Assembly (NCBI GenBank): GCA_046484225.1
Contig: JAWOBO010000089.1
Coordinates: forward strand, 1 to 57,368
DNA from: Candidatus Omnitrophota bacterium
GTDB taxonomy: Bacteria; Omnitrophota; Gorgyraeia; Duberdicusellales; 4484-171
Reading direction: 5' to 3'
Length of the DNA: 57,368 bases
How positions within the stretch are numbered: position 1 is the stretch's first letter; each line of letters begins with the position of its first letter. The position numbers and the translations under genes were made by a program. Positions 44,612-53,292 of this stretch are shown here, one piece after another. Under the pieces are notes generated by a model. It was given only the letters and a program-made list of their open reading frames with translations, was not told the DNA's origin and did no database searches.

Positions 44612-45361
44612 ATGGAAAAAAATATTTTTCTAGAAATAGAATATGTAGGAACTAACTATTTTGGTTTTCAGGTTCAAAACAAAAAAGATAAAAAAGAAAT
44701 AACTATCCAAAGTATTTTAGAAAAAGCATTATTTAAATTATTTGGCCAGCCAATAAGAATCAATGCCTCAGGGAGGACTGACCGAGGTGTACATGCTAAA
44801 GCTCATCCTCTAAATTTTAAGGTTAACACAGAGATACCTTTAAAAAATATAAAAAACGCTCTAAATTCCTTTTTACCTTCGGACATAAAGGTAAAGAAGG
44901 TAAAATTAGTATCTTTGGATTTTCACAGTCGATTTAGTGCGAAATCAAAAATTTATCGTTATATTATTTTAAACAGAGAAGAACCTTCTGTTTTTTGGTC
45001 TGTATTTTCCTGGCATTTTCCTGATCGATTAAACATTGCCTTGATGCGCCAGGCTGCAAAACGATTAATCGGTTTAAAAGATTTTTATCTTTTTGCGAAA
45101 GGAGCTAAAAAATATAAAAATTGTGTACGAGATTTGAAGAAAATATCTATAAAAAAGAAGAAAAACTTTATCTACATTGATATAGAAGCAAACGGTTTCT
45201 TGCACCAGATGGCCAGAAATATAGTCTATTTTTTAACCGATGCCGGTAGAAAAAAGATTGCCATCGAACAGGTAGATGATATTTTGTCAGGTAGAATTAA
45301 ATTTATAAAAAAACCTGCTCCTTCTTGCGGTCTTTATCTCAAGCGAGTTAAATATCGATAG
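44612..45361 (+). CDS. truA: tRNA pseudouridine(38-40) synthase
   Basis: Catalytic GRTDRGVHA. YxGxxFxGFQxQ-like N-terminus (YVGTNYFGFQVQ). Confidence 0.9.
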   Translation: MEKNIFLEIEYVGTNYFGFQVQNKKDKKEITIQSILEKALFKLFGQPIRINASGRTDRGVHAKAHPLNFKVNTEIPLKNIKNALNSFLPSDIKVKKVKLVSLDFHSRFSAKSKIYRYIILNREEPSVFWSVFSWHFPDRLNIALMRQAAKRLIGLKDFYLFAKGAKKYKNCVRDLKKISIKKKKNFIYIDIEANGFLHQMARNIVYFLTDAGRKKIAIEQVDDILSGRIKFIKKPAPSCGLYLKRVKYR

Positions 45362-45389
45362 GTATTTGGCTAGATTTTTTTCTTCTATA

Positions 45390-45398
45390 TGGTATAAT
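45390..45398 (+). promoter_or_regulatory. extended -10 (TGGTATAAT) 8 nt upstream of the lipoprotein gene ATG
   Basis: TGGTATAAT at 45390-45398, ATG at 45407, no SD in between. Same geometry as queF. Confidence 0.4.
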
Positions 45399-45406
45399 TT
45401 TTACCT

Positions 45407-45889
45407 ATGAAAAAAAGAATTTTATTTATTTTTTTATTAACGGTTTTAGTCTTAAATAACGGCTGTCACTCTTTGCGGAAAAAATTTACCCGTAAACAAA
45501 AGGAAAAAGAGGTGCCGGTTTATATAACCCCCAAAGAATATCCTCAGAAACCTACTCGTGATATCTATATTGATTACTATCTTTATACTAAAGGTTGGTT
45601 AGAAGAGCTGGCTAAAGCATTAGGTAAAGGAATAAGCTACAAACGTCAAAAACATGCAATAGGTGAGGCTTTAATGAATTTAGAGCAGATAATTTCTTTT
45701 TTAAACCAAAAAGGAAAAGAAAATATAGAACCTTTGCACCAAGAACTTCAGCAGATACAAGCTGAAATCAAACGAGTTCCCAATTTAAGTCGAATCAAAA
45801 GAGATTACCTTGTTCGTAAAGTTCAAAGGATTGCAAGAGAATTTGGTTCTAATTATACTTATACTGATGTAAAAGAATGGCTAAATTAG
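45407..45889 (+). CDS. hypothetical lipoprotein
   Basis: Signal peptide plus lipobox LNNGC. No family recognised. TGGTATAAT lies 8 nt upstream of the ATG and there is no SD. Confidence 0.6.
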   Translation: MKKRILFIFLLTVLVLNNGCHSLRKKFTRKQKEKEVPVYITPKEYPQKPTRDIYIDYYLYTKGWLEELAKALGKGISYKRQKHAIGEALMNLEQIISFLNQKGKENIEPLHQELQQIQAEIKRVPNLSRIKRDYLVRKVQRIAREFGSNYTYTDVKEWLN

Positions 45890-46491
45890 ATGTAAAAGTT
45901 TTTCCTTCTGGTCCGCTAGATACAAACAACTATCTTCTTTTCGATAAACAGTCCAGAAGAGCGTGTATTGTTGATCTTTCTTCGTCTTCTGGTCAGTTGT
46001 TTGACTTCCTTAAGGAAGAAGATATAAAAGTTGATTTTGTGCTTTTAACTCATGCTCATTTTGATCATATTGAAGGGTTAAGAAATACCAATTTTTCTTT
46101 TTATCTTCATGAAAAAGATCTAGCTTTGCTCTCGAATCCTGAAAAAAATGGCTCTTCTTTTTTTGCTAGCCCTATAACCATAAAAAGAAAACCGTATGTC
46201 TACAAAGAAAACTTAGATTTTTGTGGTTCAAGAATTGATGTAATTCATACTCCTGGCCACACACCTGGTTCAGTTTCGTTAAAATTGGATAATTGGCTTT
46301 TTAGCGGAGATACGCTTTTTTATCAGGCAGTAGGCCGTACAGATATTCCCTTAGCTTCCGGGCAAGAGTTGATTGAATCAATTAAAGAAAAAATATTAGT
46401 TTTGCCTGATCAGACTGTTATTTATCCTGGCCATGGCCCCAGCACAACTTTAGTTCAGGAAAAAGAAACTAATCCTTTTTTGGCCATTTGA
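45877..46491 (+). CDS. metallo-beta-lactamase fold hydrolase (glyoxalase II-like)
   Basis: LTHAHFDHIEG (HxHxDH), HTPGHTPG, GDTLF. Confidence 0.8.
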   Translation: MAKLDVKVFPSGPLDTNNYLLFDKQSRRACIVDLSSSSGQLFDFLKEEDIKVDFVLLTHAHFDHIEGLRNTNFSFYLHEKDLALLSNPEKNGSSFFASPITIKRKPYVYKENLDFCGSRIDVIHTPGHTPGSVSLKLDNWLFSGDTLFYQAVGRTDIPLASGQELIESIKEKILVLPDQTVIYPGHGPSTTLVQEKETNPFLAI

Positions 46492-46520
46492 AATTGTTTA
46501 ATATTTCGAATTTATAATTT

Positions 46521-47411
46521 ATGGATACCTACATTGAAGCATTTTTTGATTATCTAAGGGTAGAAAAGGGGCTGGCTTTAAATTCTATAAGATCTTACAA
46601 ACTAGACTTAAGCAAGTATAAAAGATACCTGGATAAACTCGGTATAGAAAATCCTAGAAAAGTAAGAAGGGATGATATTTCTGAGTTTATTTTTTCTTTA
46701 CGAAAAACACTTGCTATAGGAACTATTTCACGAATACTTTCATCTGTTAAAAGCTTTCATCAATTTTTACTGCGAGAAAAAATAATACCCCATGATCCTT
46801 CTAGTTTAATAGAGGCGCCAAAATTAGAAAAGAAAATACCTTCATTTCTAACCTCTCAAGAAGTTGCCAAAGTTCTTAAAGCGCCAAATTTAAAAAAAGA
46901 TAGAGGCCTAAGAGCCAGAGCTATTTTAGAGACGATGTATGCAACTGGCTTGAGGGTTTCTGAATTGGTTGAGTTAAGAACGCAAGATATTAATCTAGAG
47001 ATAGGATTTATTAAATGCAAAGGCAAAGGCTCTAAGGAGAGAATTATACCTTTAGGTAATACTGCTAATCATTTTATAAAAAGATATAACCAGGAAGCAA
47101 GGCCTGGTTTATTAAAAGAACAGGAATCTAGCTTTTTATTTCTTGCTCAAGGCGGACACAAAATAAGCCGGCAAACTGTTTGGAAGATTATTAAAGCCAT
47201 AGTTAAAAAAGCAAGAATAAATAAAAAAGTAAGTCCGCATACTTTAAGGCATTCTTTTGCTACTCATCTTCTAGAAGGTGGCGCTGACTTACGGAGTGTG
47301 CAAGAGATGCTAGGCCATGCTAATATAACTACCACTCAAATTTATACCCATATTAATCAAACAAGATTAAAAGAGATTCATAATCAATTTCATCCTAGGG
47401 CAAAAGTTTAG
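46521..47411 (+). CDS. tyrosine recombinase XerC/XerD family
   Basis: RHSFATHLLEGGADLRSVQEMLGHANITTTQIYTH with the catalytic Tyr. N-terminal SAM-like domain. Confidence 0.85.
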   Translation: MDTYIEAFFDYLRVEKGLALNSIRSYKLDLSKYKRYLDKLGIENPRKVRRDDISEFIFSLRKTLAIGTISRILSSVKSFHQFLLREKIIPHDPSSLIEAPKLEKKIPSFLTSQEVAKVLKAPNLKKDRGLRARAILETMYATGLRVSELVELRTQDINLEIGFIKCKGKGSKERIIPLGNTANHFIKRYNQEARPGLLKEQESSFLFLAQGGHKISRQTVWKIIKAIVKKARINKKVSPHTLRHSFATHLLEGGADLRSVQEMLGHANITTTQIYTHINQTRLKEIHNQFHPRAKV

Positions 47412-47424
47412 GCTAACTATTACA

Positions 47425-48693
47425 ATGGTTAACAGGTTAAAAAAATTAAATCCTCAATTTAGGAATATTTTAAGACTATCATCAAAACTGGCAAAACAAT
47501 CAGGCTATCATATTTATTTAGTTGGAGGAGTGGTAAGAGATCTATTGCTTGATCGACCGGTGTTTGATCTGGATTTAGTAGTTGAAGGTGATGCTATACC
47601 ACTTGTTCGGCGGATAGCAAAACAGCTAAAAGAAGATTTTCGCAGGCATCATAGTTTTGGTACAGCAACTTTGTATCATCATGGGCATAAAATAGATTTT
47701 GCTACAGCTCGCAAAGAACTATATCCTCATCCTGGTTCATTGCCGAAGGTCAAAAAGTCATCTTTAAAAAATGATTTAGCGAGAAGAGATTTTGCCATAA
47801 ATGCTATGGCAATAAGTGTAAATAAAAATAATTATGGTCAGTTGATTGATTTTTATCATGGCCGTCAAGATTTGAAAAATGGATTAATTCGGATATTATA
47901 TCCAGAAAGTTTTTTGGATGATTCTTTGCGAATATTACGTGCTATTAGATTCCAGCAACGTTTTTCTTTTAAGATAGAGGCAAAAACTTATAGATTAATG
48001 AAACAGGCTATCGGGGCGGGAGCATTAGGATGGGTTAACCCTCATCGCCTTAGAGATGAGCTGATTCTTTTTTTGAACGAAGCTAATCCTTATAGATACA
48101 TAAAAAAATTTTATTTGCTTGAAAGATTTAATTTTATAAATAAACGGATAAAATTAAATAAAGATAGTTTTAAATTTTTTATCAGAGCCCAAGCTGCAAT
48201 TAGATTTTACAATAAAAGATTTAAAGACAAAAAAGAGATCAAGCCATGGCTAATATTTTTAACCGGTATTTTGTTAAATTTGTCTCATCGCGAAGTTACT
48301 GAAGTGGTTGCTAGATTTGGATTTAAAAAAGATGAGAGGGTAACGATTAGTTTAATTAAAAAAGATTTAACTAAAATAAAAAAATTAGATAAAAATATAA
48401 AACCTAGTGTTATTTATAAAATTTTAGCTGGTTACAGCCACGAGGCAATAATCTTTTTTTATGCATATTTTCCTAAAAAAAGAATACGTAGCAATATAGC
48501 TTTTTTTCTAAAAAAACTATCAGATCAAAAGTTAAAGATAAAAGGCAAAGATCTACAAAAAATTGGGGTTGAATCGTCGGTCTTTATGGGAAAAACACTA
48601 AAAAAAATATTTTATTTAAAGCTTGATAAGAATTTAAAAACAAAACGTCAGGAATTAAATGAAGCTAAAACTATAGTTAAAAAGAAAAGGTAG
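47425..48693 (+). CDS. second class II tRNA nucleotidyltransferase / poly(A) polymerase family paralog (no HD domain seen)
   Basis: GGVVRD...DLDLVV, RRDFAINAMA, DDSLRILRAIRF. Confidence 0.7.
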   Translation: MVNRLKKLNPQFRNILRLSSKLAKQSGYHIYLVGGVVRDLLLDRPVFDLDLVVEGDAIPLVRRIAKQLKEDFRRHHSFGTATLYHHGHKIDFATARKELYPHPGSLPKVKKSSLKNDLARRDFAINAMAISVNKNNYGQLIDFYHGRQDLKNGLIRILYPESFLDDSLRILRAIRFQQRFSFKIEAKTYRLMKQAIGAGALGWVNPHRLRDELILFLNEANPYRYIKKFYLLERFNFINKRIKLNKDSFKFFIRAQAAIRFYNKRFKDKKEIKPWLIFLTGILLNLSHREVTEVVARFGFKKDERVTISLIKKDLTKIKKLDKNIKPSVIYKILAGYSHEAIIFFYAYFPKKRIRSNIAFFLKKLSDQKLKIKGKDLQKIGVESSVFMGKTLKKIFYLKLDKNLKTKRQELNEAKTIVKKKR

Positions 48694-48699
48694 GTAGAA

Positions 48700-49053
48700 A
48701 TGTCAGTAAGAATAGATAAAATTAATACTGAAATGCGTAAGCAGCTTATGCGGATTATTCAACAAGAGCTTGATGATCCAAATATAGGATTGGTGACTAT
48801 AACTAAAGTAGATACTAAGCCGGATTTAGAAGAAGCAAAAGTTTATTTTAGCCTTCTGGATGAAAAAAAACACCAAAAGGCAAAAGAAGCATTAGATAAA
48901 ATGAAAGGTTTTATTAAAGTAATTTTAGCAAAAAAGATAAGATTAAAAAAAACACCTGAGCTAATATTTCAGTTTGATAAATCAATAAAATATAGCTTAG
49001 ATATTTACCAAAAGATAGAGGAGCTAAAAGATGAAGAAAACAAAGAAGAATAA
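48700..49053 (+). CDS. rbfA: ribosome-binding factor A
   Basis: 117 aa with the pattern R..K....L..II..E..DP.....TIT.V....DL..AKVYFS. Confidence 0.85.
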   Translation: MSVRIDKINTEMRKQLMRIIQQELDDPNIGLVTITKVDTKPDLEEAKVYFSLLDEKKHQKAKEALDKMKGFIKVILAKKIRLKKTPELIFQFDKSIKYSLDIYQKIEELKDEENKEE

Positions 49054-49996
49054 AATAAAAAAAATAATAGAAATTATTAAAAACAACGATAGTTTTTTGA
49101 TAACTGCCCACATGAACCTAGAAGGAGATGCTCTAGGCTCGGAATTGTCTCTATATCTTTTACTTAAGAAGTTAAATAAAAAAGTTACAGTTTATAATCA
49201 TGATCTTACTCCTGATATTTATAAATTCTTACCAAAAAATAAAATTATAAAAAATAAAATTAAAAAAAAGAAAGTTGATGTAGCTTTTGTTTTAGATTGC
49301 TCTGACTCTTCTCGTACTGGCAAGATAGAGGCTGGGCTATCCGATGCTGGTATTGTAGTAAACATTGATCATCACATAAGCAATACTTTTTTTGGCGATT
49401 TTAACTGGGTAGAGCCAGAGATGAGTTCTGCTTCTGAGATGATCTATTATTTAGCCAAGGAAACAAAAACTATGGATAAAAATATTGCTTTGTGCCTTTA
49501 CACCGGTATTTTTACAGATACGGGAAGTTTTACCTACGCAAATACAGGTCCGGATACCCATAAAATAATCGCAGAACTTATGCACTTTGATATTAAACCT
49601 CATATAATTGATAAAGAAATTCATAGTTTATGTGCACCTGATGATATTAAATTTATTAGTAAATGTATCTCGAAGTTAAAATTTGCTTCTAACCAAAAAA
49701 TATGTTGGCTAATAATATCTCGGTGGCAAGAAAAAAACTATGATCTTACTGAAATAATTTTTTCTCTGATGAAACTTTTAAAAAAGCCTGGTGTTTTTAT
49801 TATTTTTAAAAAGATTAACAAAAGCAGAACCAGAATTAATTTTCGTTCCTGTTCCCAGGTAGATGTAAATAAGATTGCTAAGTTTTTTGGCGGAGGCGGA
49901 CACAGGAAAGCTAGTGGTACGACGCTCGATAAAAATTTAAAAGAATCTGAGTCAAGAGTGATTTCTTTTATCAAAAGGTGTGTTAATGATAAGTAA
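49031..49996 (+). CDS. nrnA: DHH/DHHA1 phosphoesterase (NrnA-like oligoribonuclease/pAp phosphatase)
   Basis: NIDHHISN (DHH) and FGGGGHRKASG (DHHA1) motifs. Confidence 0.8.
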   Translation: MKKTKKNKIKKIIEIIKNNDSFLITAHMNLEGDALGSELSLYLLLKKLNKKVTVYNHDLTPDIYKFLPKNKIIKNKIKKKKVDVAFVLDCSDSSRTGKIEAGLSDAGIVVNIDHHISNTFFGDFNWVEPEMSSASEMIYYLAKETKTMDKNIALCLYTGIFTDTGSFTYANTGPDTHKIIAELMHFDIKPHIIDKEIHSLCAPDDIKFISKCISKLKFASNQKICWLIISRWQEKNYDLTEIIFSLMKLLKKPGVFIIFKKINKSRTRINFRSCSQVDVNKIAKFFGGGGHRKASGTTLDKNLKESESRVISFIKRCVNDK

Positions 49997-50678
49997 AACA
50001 AGAGATAAAGATTTTAAAAAAGGAATATTGCTGATTGATAAACCTGTGGGGATTACATCACATGATGTAGTTGATATAGCTAGAAAAAGATTGAAATTTC
50101 GTAAAATTGGACATGCCGGGACTTTAGATCCTTTAGCAGAAGGCCTTTTGGTCCTTTTGGTGGGCTCCTACACTAAAAAGTTTGAAAAGTTTGTTAGTTT
50201 TGACAAAAAATATTTTGGAACTCTAAAGTTAGGAGAAGTCACCCATACCGGAGATTCAGAAGGAGAAGTTTTAAAGCAAAAGGAATGGAAGCATATATCA
50301 GAATCCCAGATAAAAAAGACCGTTGAAAGTTTCCAGGGTGCGGTTGAACAAGTTCCTCCGATGGTAAGTGCTTTAAGACAAAAAGGCCAGAGATTATATA
50401 AACTGGCTAGAAAAGGTGTTACCATAAAGCGTAAGCCCAGAAAAATAAAGATATATAGTTGCAGTTTAGAGAGAGTGAGGTTGCCTTATCTAGATTTTTA
50501 TGTTCATTGCTCCAAGGGTACCTATATTAGAAAGTTAGCAGAAGATATAGGAGATAAGCTTGGTTGTGGCGCCTACGCAACTAAAATTGTAAGAAAAAAA
50601 ATAGGCCCTTTTGATTTAAAAGATTCAATAAAACCTAAAAATATTAATGAAGCTTATTTACAAGAATTTTCCTTTTAA
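49986..50678 (+). CDS. truB: tRNA pseudouridine(55) synthase, short form without PUA domain
   Basis: GHAGTLDPLAEGLL catalytic Asp and CSKGTYIRKL. About 230 aa. ATG 49986 preferred, GTG 49980 possible. Confidence 0.85.
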   Translation: MISKTRDKDFKKGILLIDKPVGITSHDVVDIARKRLKFRKIGHAGTLDPLAEGLLVLLVGSYTKKFEKFVSFDKKYFGTLKLGEVTHTGDSEGEVLKQKEWKHISESQIKKTVESFQGAVEQVPPMVSALRQKGQRLYKLARKGVTIKRKPRKIKIYSCSLERVRLPYLDFYVHCSKGTYIRKLAEDIGDKLGCGAYATKIVRKKIGPFDLKDSIKPKNINEAYLQEFSF

Positions 50679-51552
50679 TAAAGTCAATAATTGTGTGGTA
50701 ACTATTGGGGTATTTGACGGGGTTCATCGGGGCCACCAATATATATTGAATAAGATTAAACTGCAAGCAAAAAAAAGGGGAAAGATTTCTTTGGTGATTA
50801 GCTTTGATGTCCCTCCCGAGAAGATTTTAGATCCTAAGAAAAAGTTTAAGGGGTATTTAACTGATTACCAGCAAAAAGCTTCTTTGATTGAGTCTTTAGG
50901 AATAGATTATTTATGGATTTTAAAAACTGAGCCAGATCTGCTTCGGCTTTCTGCTAGTAGGTTTTTATCATATATAAATAAATATTTTTTAATAGATGAG
51001 ATGGTCGTTGGCAGTGATTTTCGTTTTGGAATTAAGGCTGGGGCAGGAACTAGTCAGTTAAATCAGCTTGCAGATAACTATGGTTTTAATTTAAAGATCA
51101 TCGATAAAAAAAGTTTTGCTGGAACTCTTGTTAGTAGTTCATTTATAAGAGAGTTGATAAAGTCATCACGAATCAACCAAGTAAAAAAGTTTTTAGGAAG
51201 AAACTACAGCTTAAGGGGGCAAGTGATTAAAGGTAAAGGAGTGGGCAGGCAGCTTGGTTTTCCTACGGCTAATCTAGATACCTTTGATTATACTTTGCCA
51301 GAACCAGGTGTTTATGCGGCTTATAGTAAGGTGGGGGACAAAGATTTTCTTGCAGCGGTAAATGTTAGTAAAAAAGATTTCGAAGTTCATCTGTTAAACT
51401 TTTCTGGGGATATATTAAGTAGCATTATTGAAGTAACTTTTTTAGAAAAAATGCGGGATGAAATAAATTTTCAATCAAGAAGCCAATTAGCCAAACAGAT
51501 CCAAAAAGATATTCAAAATATCACCTCTAAATATAGTATCCCTCCTAATTAA
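50647..51552 (+). CDS. ribF: bifunctional riboflavin kinase / FMN adenylyltransferase
   Basis: GVFDGVHRGHQ, and GFPTANL in the kinase half. Confidence 0.9.
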   Translation: MKLIYKNFPFNKVNNCVVTIGVFDGVHRGHQYILNKIKLQAKKRGKISLVISFDVPPEKILDPKKKFKGYLTDYQQKASLIESLGIDYLWILKTEPDLLRLSASRFLSYINKYFLIDEMVVGSDFRFGIKAGAGTSQLNQLADNYGFNLKIIDKKSFAGTLVSSSFIRELIKSSRINQVKKFLGRNYSLRGQVIKGKGVGRQLGFPTANLDTFDYTLPEPGVYAAYSKVGDKDFLAAVNVSKKDFEVHLLNFSGDILSSIIEVTFLEKMRDEINFQSRSQLAKQIQKDIQNITSKYSIPPN

Positions 51553-51555
51553 TTT

Positions 51556-51571
51556 ACACAACCCATTGTGT
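51556..51571 (+). terminator. weak hairpin after ribF (ACACAA-ccca-TTGTGT)
   Basis: 6-bp stem with a 4-nt loop. The downstream sequence is only loosely T-rich. Confidence 0.3.
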
Positions 51572-51597
51572 GGGAGTAATTTATTTCTCTATATTCC

Positions 51598-51626
51598 TTG
51601 ACAGCCCAATATATTAGAGATATATT
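51598..51626 (+). promoter_or_regulatory. sigma-70-type promoter of the mraZ/dcw operon
   Basis: TTGACA (51598-51603), 17 nt spacer, TATATT (51621-51626). Confidence 0.55.
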
Positions 51627-51630
51627 GTTC

Positions 51631-51660
51631 TTGTGGCATAAAGTGGAATAAAGTGGAAGA
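51631..51660 (+). promoter_or_regulatory. candidate MraZ operator: three GTGG-containing direct repeats at exact 10-nt spacing
   Basis: ttGTGGcata aaGTGGaata aaGTGGaaga. GTGG at 51633, 51643 and 51653. Immediately downstream of the -10. Confidence 0.5.
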
Positions 51661-51696
51661 TAGCTCGTTGTAGCAATGTTTTTTTGAGGTGACCAA

Positions 51697-52134
51697 ATGT
51701 GGTACGGTCAATATTTACATACCCTAGATAAAAAAGATAGATTTATCCTTCCGGCAAAATTTAGAGAAAAGATAAAAAAAGAAGAAAATTTTTATTTCTA
51801 CATAACGCGTGGTTTAGATGGCTGCCTCTTTTTATATTCAAAGGATGTCTGGAAAGAACTAGAGGCAAAACTGCAGTCTCTTTCTTTTACAAATCAAAAG
51901 CCGCGTTTTTTTAATCGTCTTTTCTTCAGTGGGGCTTCAGAAATAGAGGTGGCTCCCCAGGGAAGAATCATTCTTCCTCAAAACTTAAAACAATTTGCAG
52001 ATATAAAAAAAGAAATAATTATTATCGGTGTAGGAAATAGAATTGAACTATGGGATAAAGGCAGGTGGAATCAATTTTATTCAAAAAATAAAAGTAATTT
52101 TGAAGAGATGGCCGAAGATCTTTTTCAGATATAA
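51697..52134 (+). CDS. mraZ: division/cell wall cluster transcriptional regulator MraZ
   Basis: Two SpoVT/AbrB-like repeats (DKKDRFILPAKFR and QGRIILPQNLKQ). First gene of the dcw cluster. Confidence 0.9.
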   Translation: MWYGQYLHTLDKKDRFILPAKFREKIKKEENFYFYITRGLDGCLFLYSKDVWKELEAKLQSLSFTNQKPRFFNRLFFSGASEIEVAPQGRIILPQNLKQFADIKKEIIIIGVGNRIELWDKGRWNQFYSKNKSNFEEMAEDLFQI

Positions 52135-52156
52135 AAAGTTAATTAATTAACTTTTT
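52133..52156. repeat. 24-nt perfect palindrome AAAAAGTTAATTAATTAACTTTTT
   Basis: Self-complementary by inspection. Starts inside the mraZ stop codon. Belongs to the TTAATTAAC junction motif class. Confidence 0.6.
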
Positions 52157-52173
52157 ACCAAAAAGGAGGTTTT

Positions 52174-52356
52174 ATGAGTCGAGGTGTTAGCAAAAAAAGA
52201 CGTAAGTACTCAAAGAATCAGGGCAATCAAAAGGTGCTTGTAGGTTCTTCAATAGTTCACCTTTCCGGATTTTCTCTTTGTGACGATAAGTCAGGAGAGT
52301 TAGATTTAACCTCTCTAAACAGCAAGCAGATTAGAAAAAAAATCGGATGGCTATAG
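52174..52356 (+). CDS. hypothetical small basic protein (60 aa) inserted between mraZ and rsmH
   Basis: AGGAGG at 52164-52169, 4 nt before the ATG. The stop lies 3 nt before the rsmH ATG. No family recognised and no TM segment. Confidence 0.5.
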   Translation: MSRGVSKKRRKYSKNQGNQKVLVGSSIVHLSGFSLCDDKSGELDLTSLNSKQIRKKIGWL

Positions 52357-52359
52357 TTT

Positions 52360-53292
52360 ATGATTACTACCAAATCTTTAGATGAAATGACAAAAGCTTA
52401 TCATTATCCAGTTATGTGGGAAGAGGCAATCGATAGTTTAAAGCTTTCTGATCGGGAAGTTATCATAGATTGTACAACAGGTTTGGGTTCTCACGGCTAT
52501 AAGATGATGCAGGCAGCGAAAAGAGATTCTTTCTATATAGGTATTGATAAAGACAGTCAGTCCTTAAAGGAAGCTTATTGGAAACTTAAACCTTTTGAAG
52601 GTAGGTTTGTTTTGCTTCAAGAAGACTTTATGAATTTAGATAAAGTTTGTGAGGAGTTTGATATCAAAAAGGCTGATATCTTCTTTTTTGATTTAGGGAT
52701 ATCTACCTATCAATTGAATAATGCTCAAAGAGGGTTTAGTTTTTTAGGTGAAGGTGCCTTAGATATGAGGATAAATAAAGATAATTTTCTTACAGCATTT
52801 GATTTGATAAATAATTTAAGCCAACCGGAATTAATCGATATATTTAAAAAGTTTGGAGAAGAGCGTTATTCAAAACGAATTGCTCATGCGGTGGTAGCTA
52901 ACCGGCGAAAAGAATCAATTTCTACAACAACACAGTTGGCTGAGATTATTGAAAAAAGTGTACCGGTAAAGAGTCGTTTTGGAAGAATTCATCCAGCCAC
53001 TAGAGTTTTTCAGGCTTTAAGGATTGCAGTTAACCGCGAGCTAGAAGCTCTTAAAATTGCTTTACCTAAAGCTATTAATCATTTAAAAAAGGGAGGCAGG
53101 ATAGGGGTTATATCATTTCATTCCTTGGAAGATAGGATAGTTAAACATACATTTAAAAATTTTGCTTCACAAAATTTGTTAAAAATTATTACCAAAAAAC
53201 CTAAAAGGTCGACAGAAGAAGAAAAAAGGATTAATCCTGCTTCACGGTCGGCAAAGTTGCGAATAGCAGAAAAAATTGATTTAAATGCGTAA
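52360..53292 (+). CDS. rsmH: 16S rRNA (cytosine1402-N4)-methyltransferase
   Basis: HYPVM, DCTTGLGSH, DLGISTYQL, ISFHSLEDR motifs. Confidence 0.9.
   Translation: MITTKSLDEMTKAYHYPVMWEEAIDSLKLSDREVIIDCTTGLGSHGYKMMQAAKRDSFYIGIDKDSQSLKEAYWKLKPFEGRFVLLQEDFMNLDKVCEEFDIKKADIFFFDLGISTYQLNNAQRGFSFLGEGALDMRINKDNFLTAFDLINNLSQPELIDIFKKFGEERYSKRIAHAVVANRRKESISTTTQLAEIIEKSVPVKSRFGRIHPATRVFQALRIAVNRELEALKIALPKAINHLKKGGRIGVISFHSLEDRIVKHTFKNFASQNLLKIITKKPKRSTEEEKRINPASRSAKLRIAEKIDLNA

Noticed and set aside
46521-47411. The tyrosine recombinase as a marker of an integrated mobile element.
   Set aside because: The sequence has the typical XerC/XerD C-terminus. The flanking genes are housekeeping, and there is no adjacent tRNA, direct repeats, phage or transposon genes. 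I also saw no convincing dif-like site in the neighbouring spacers.
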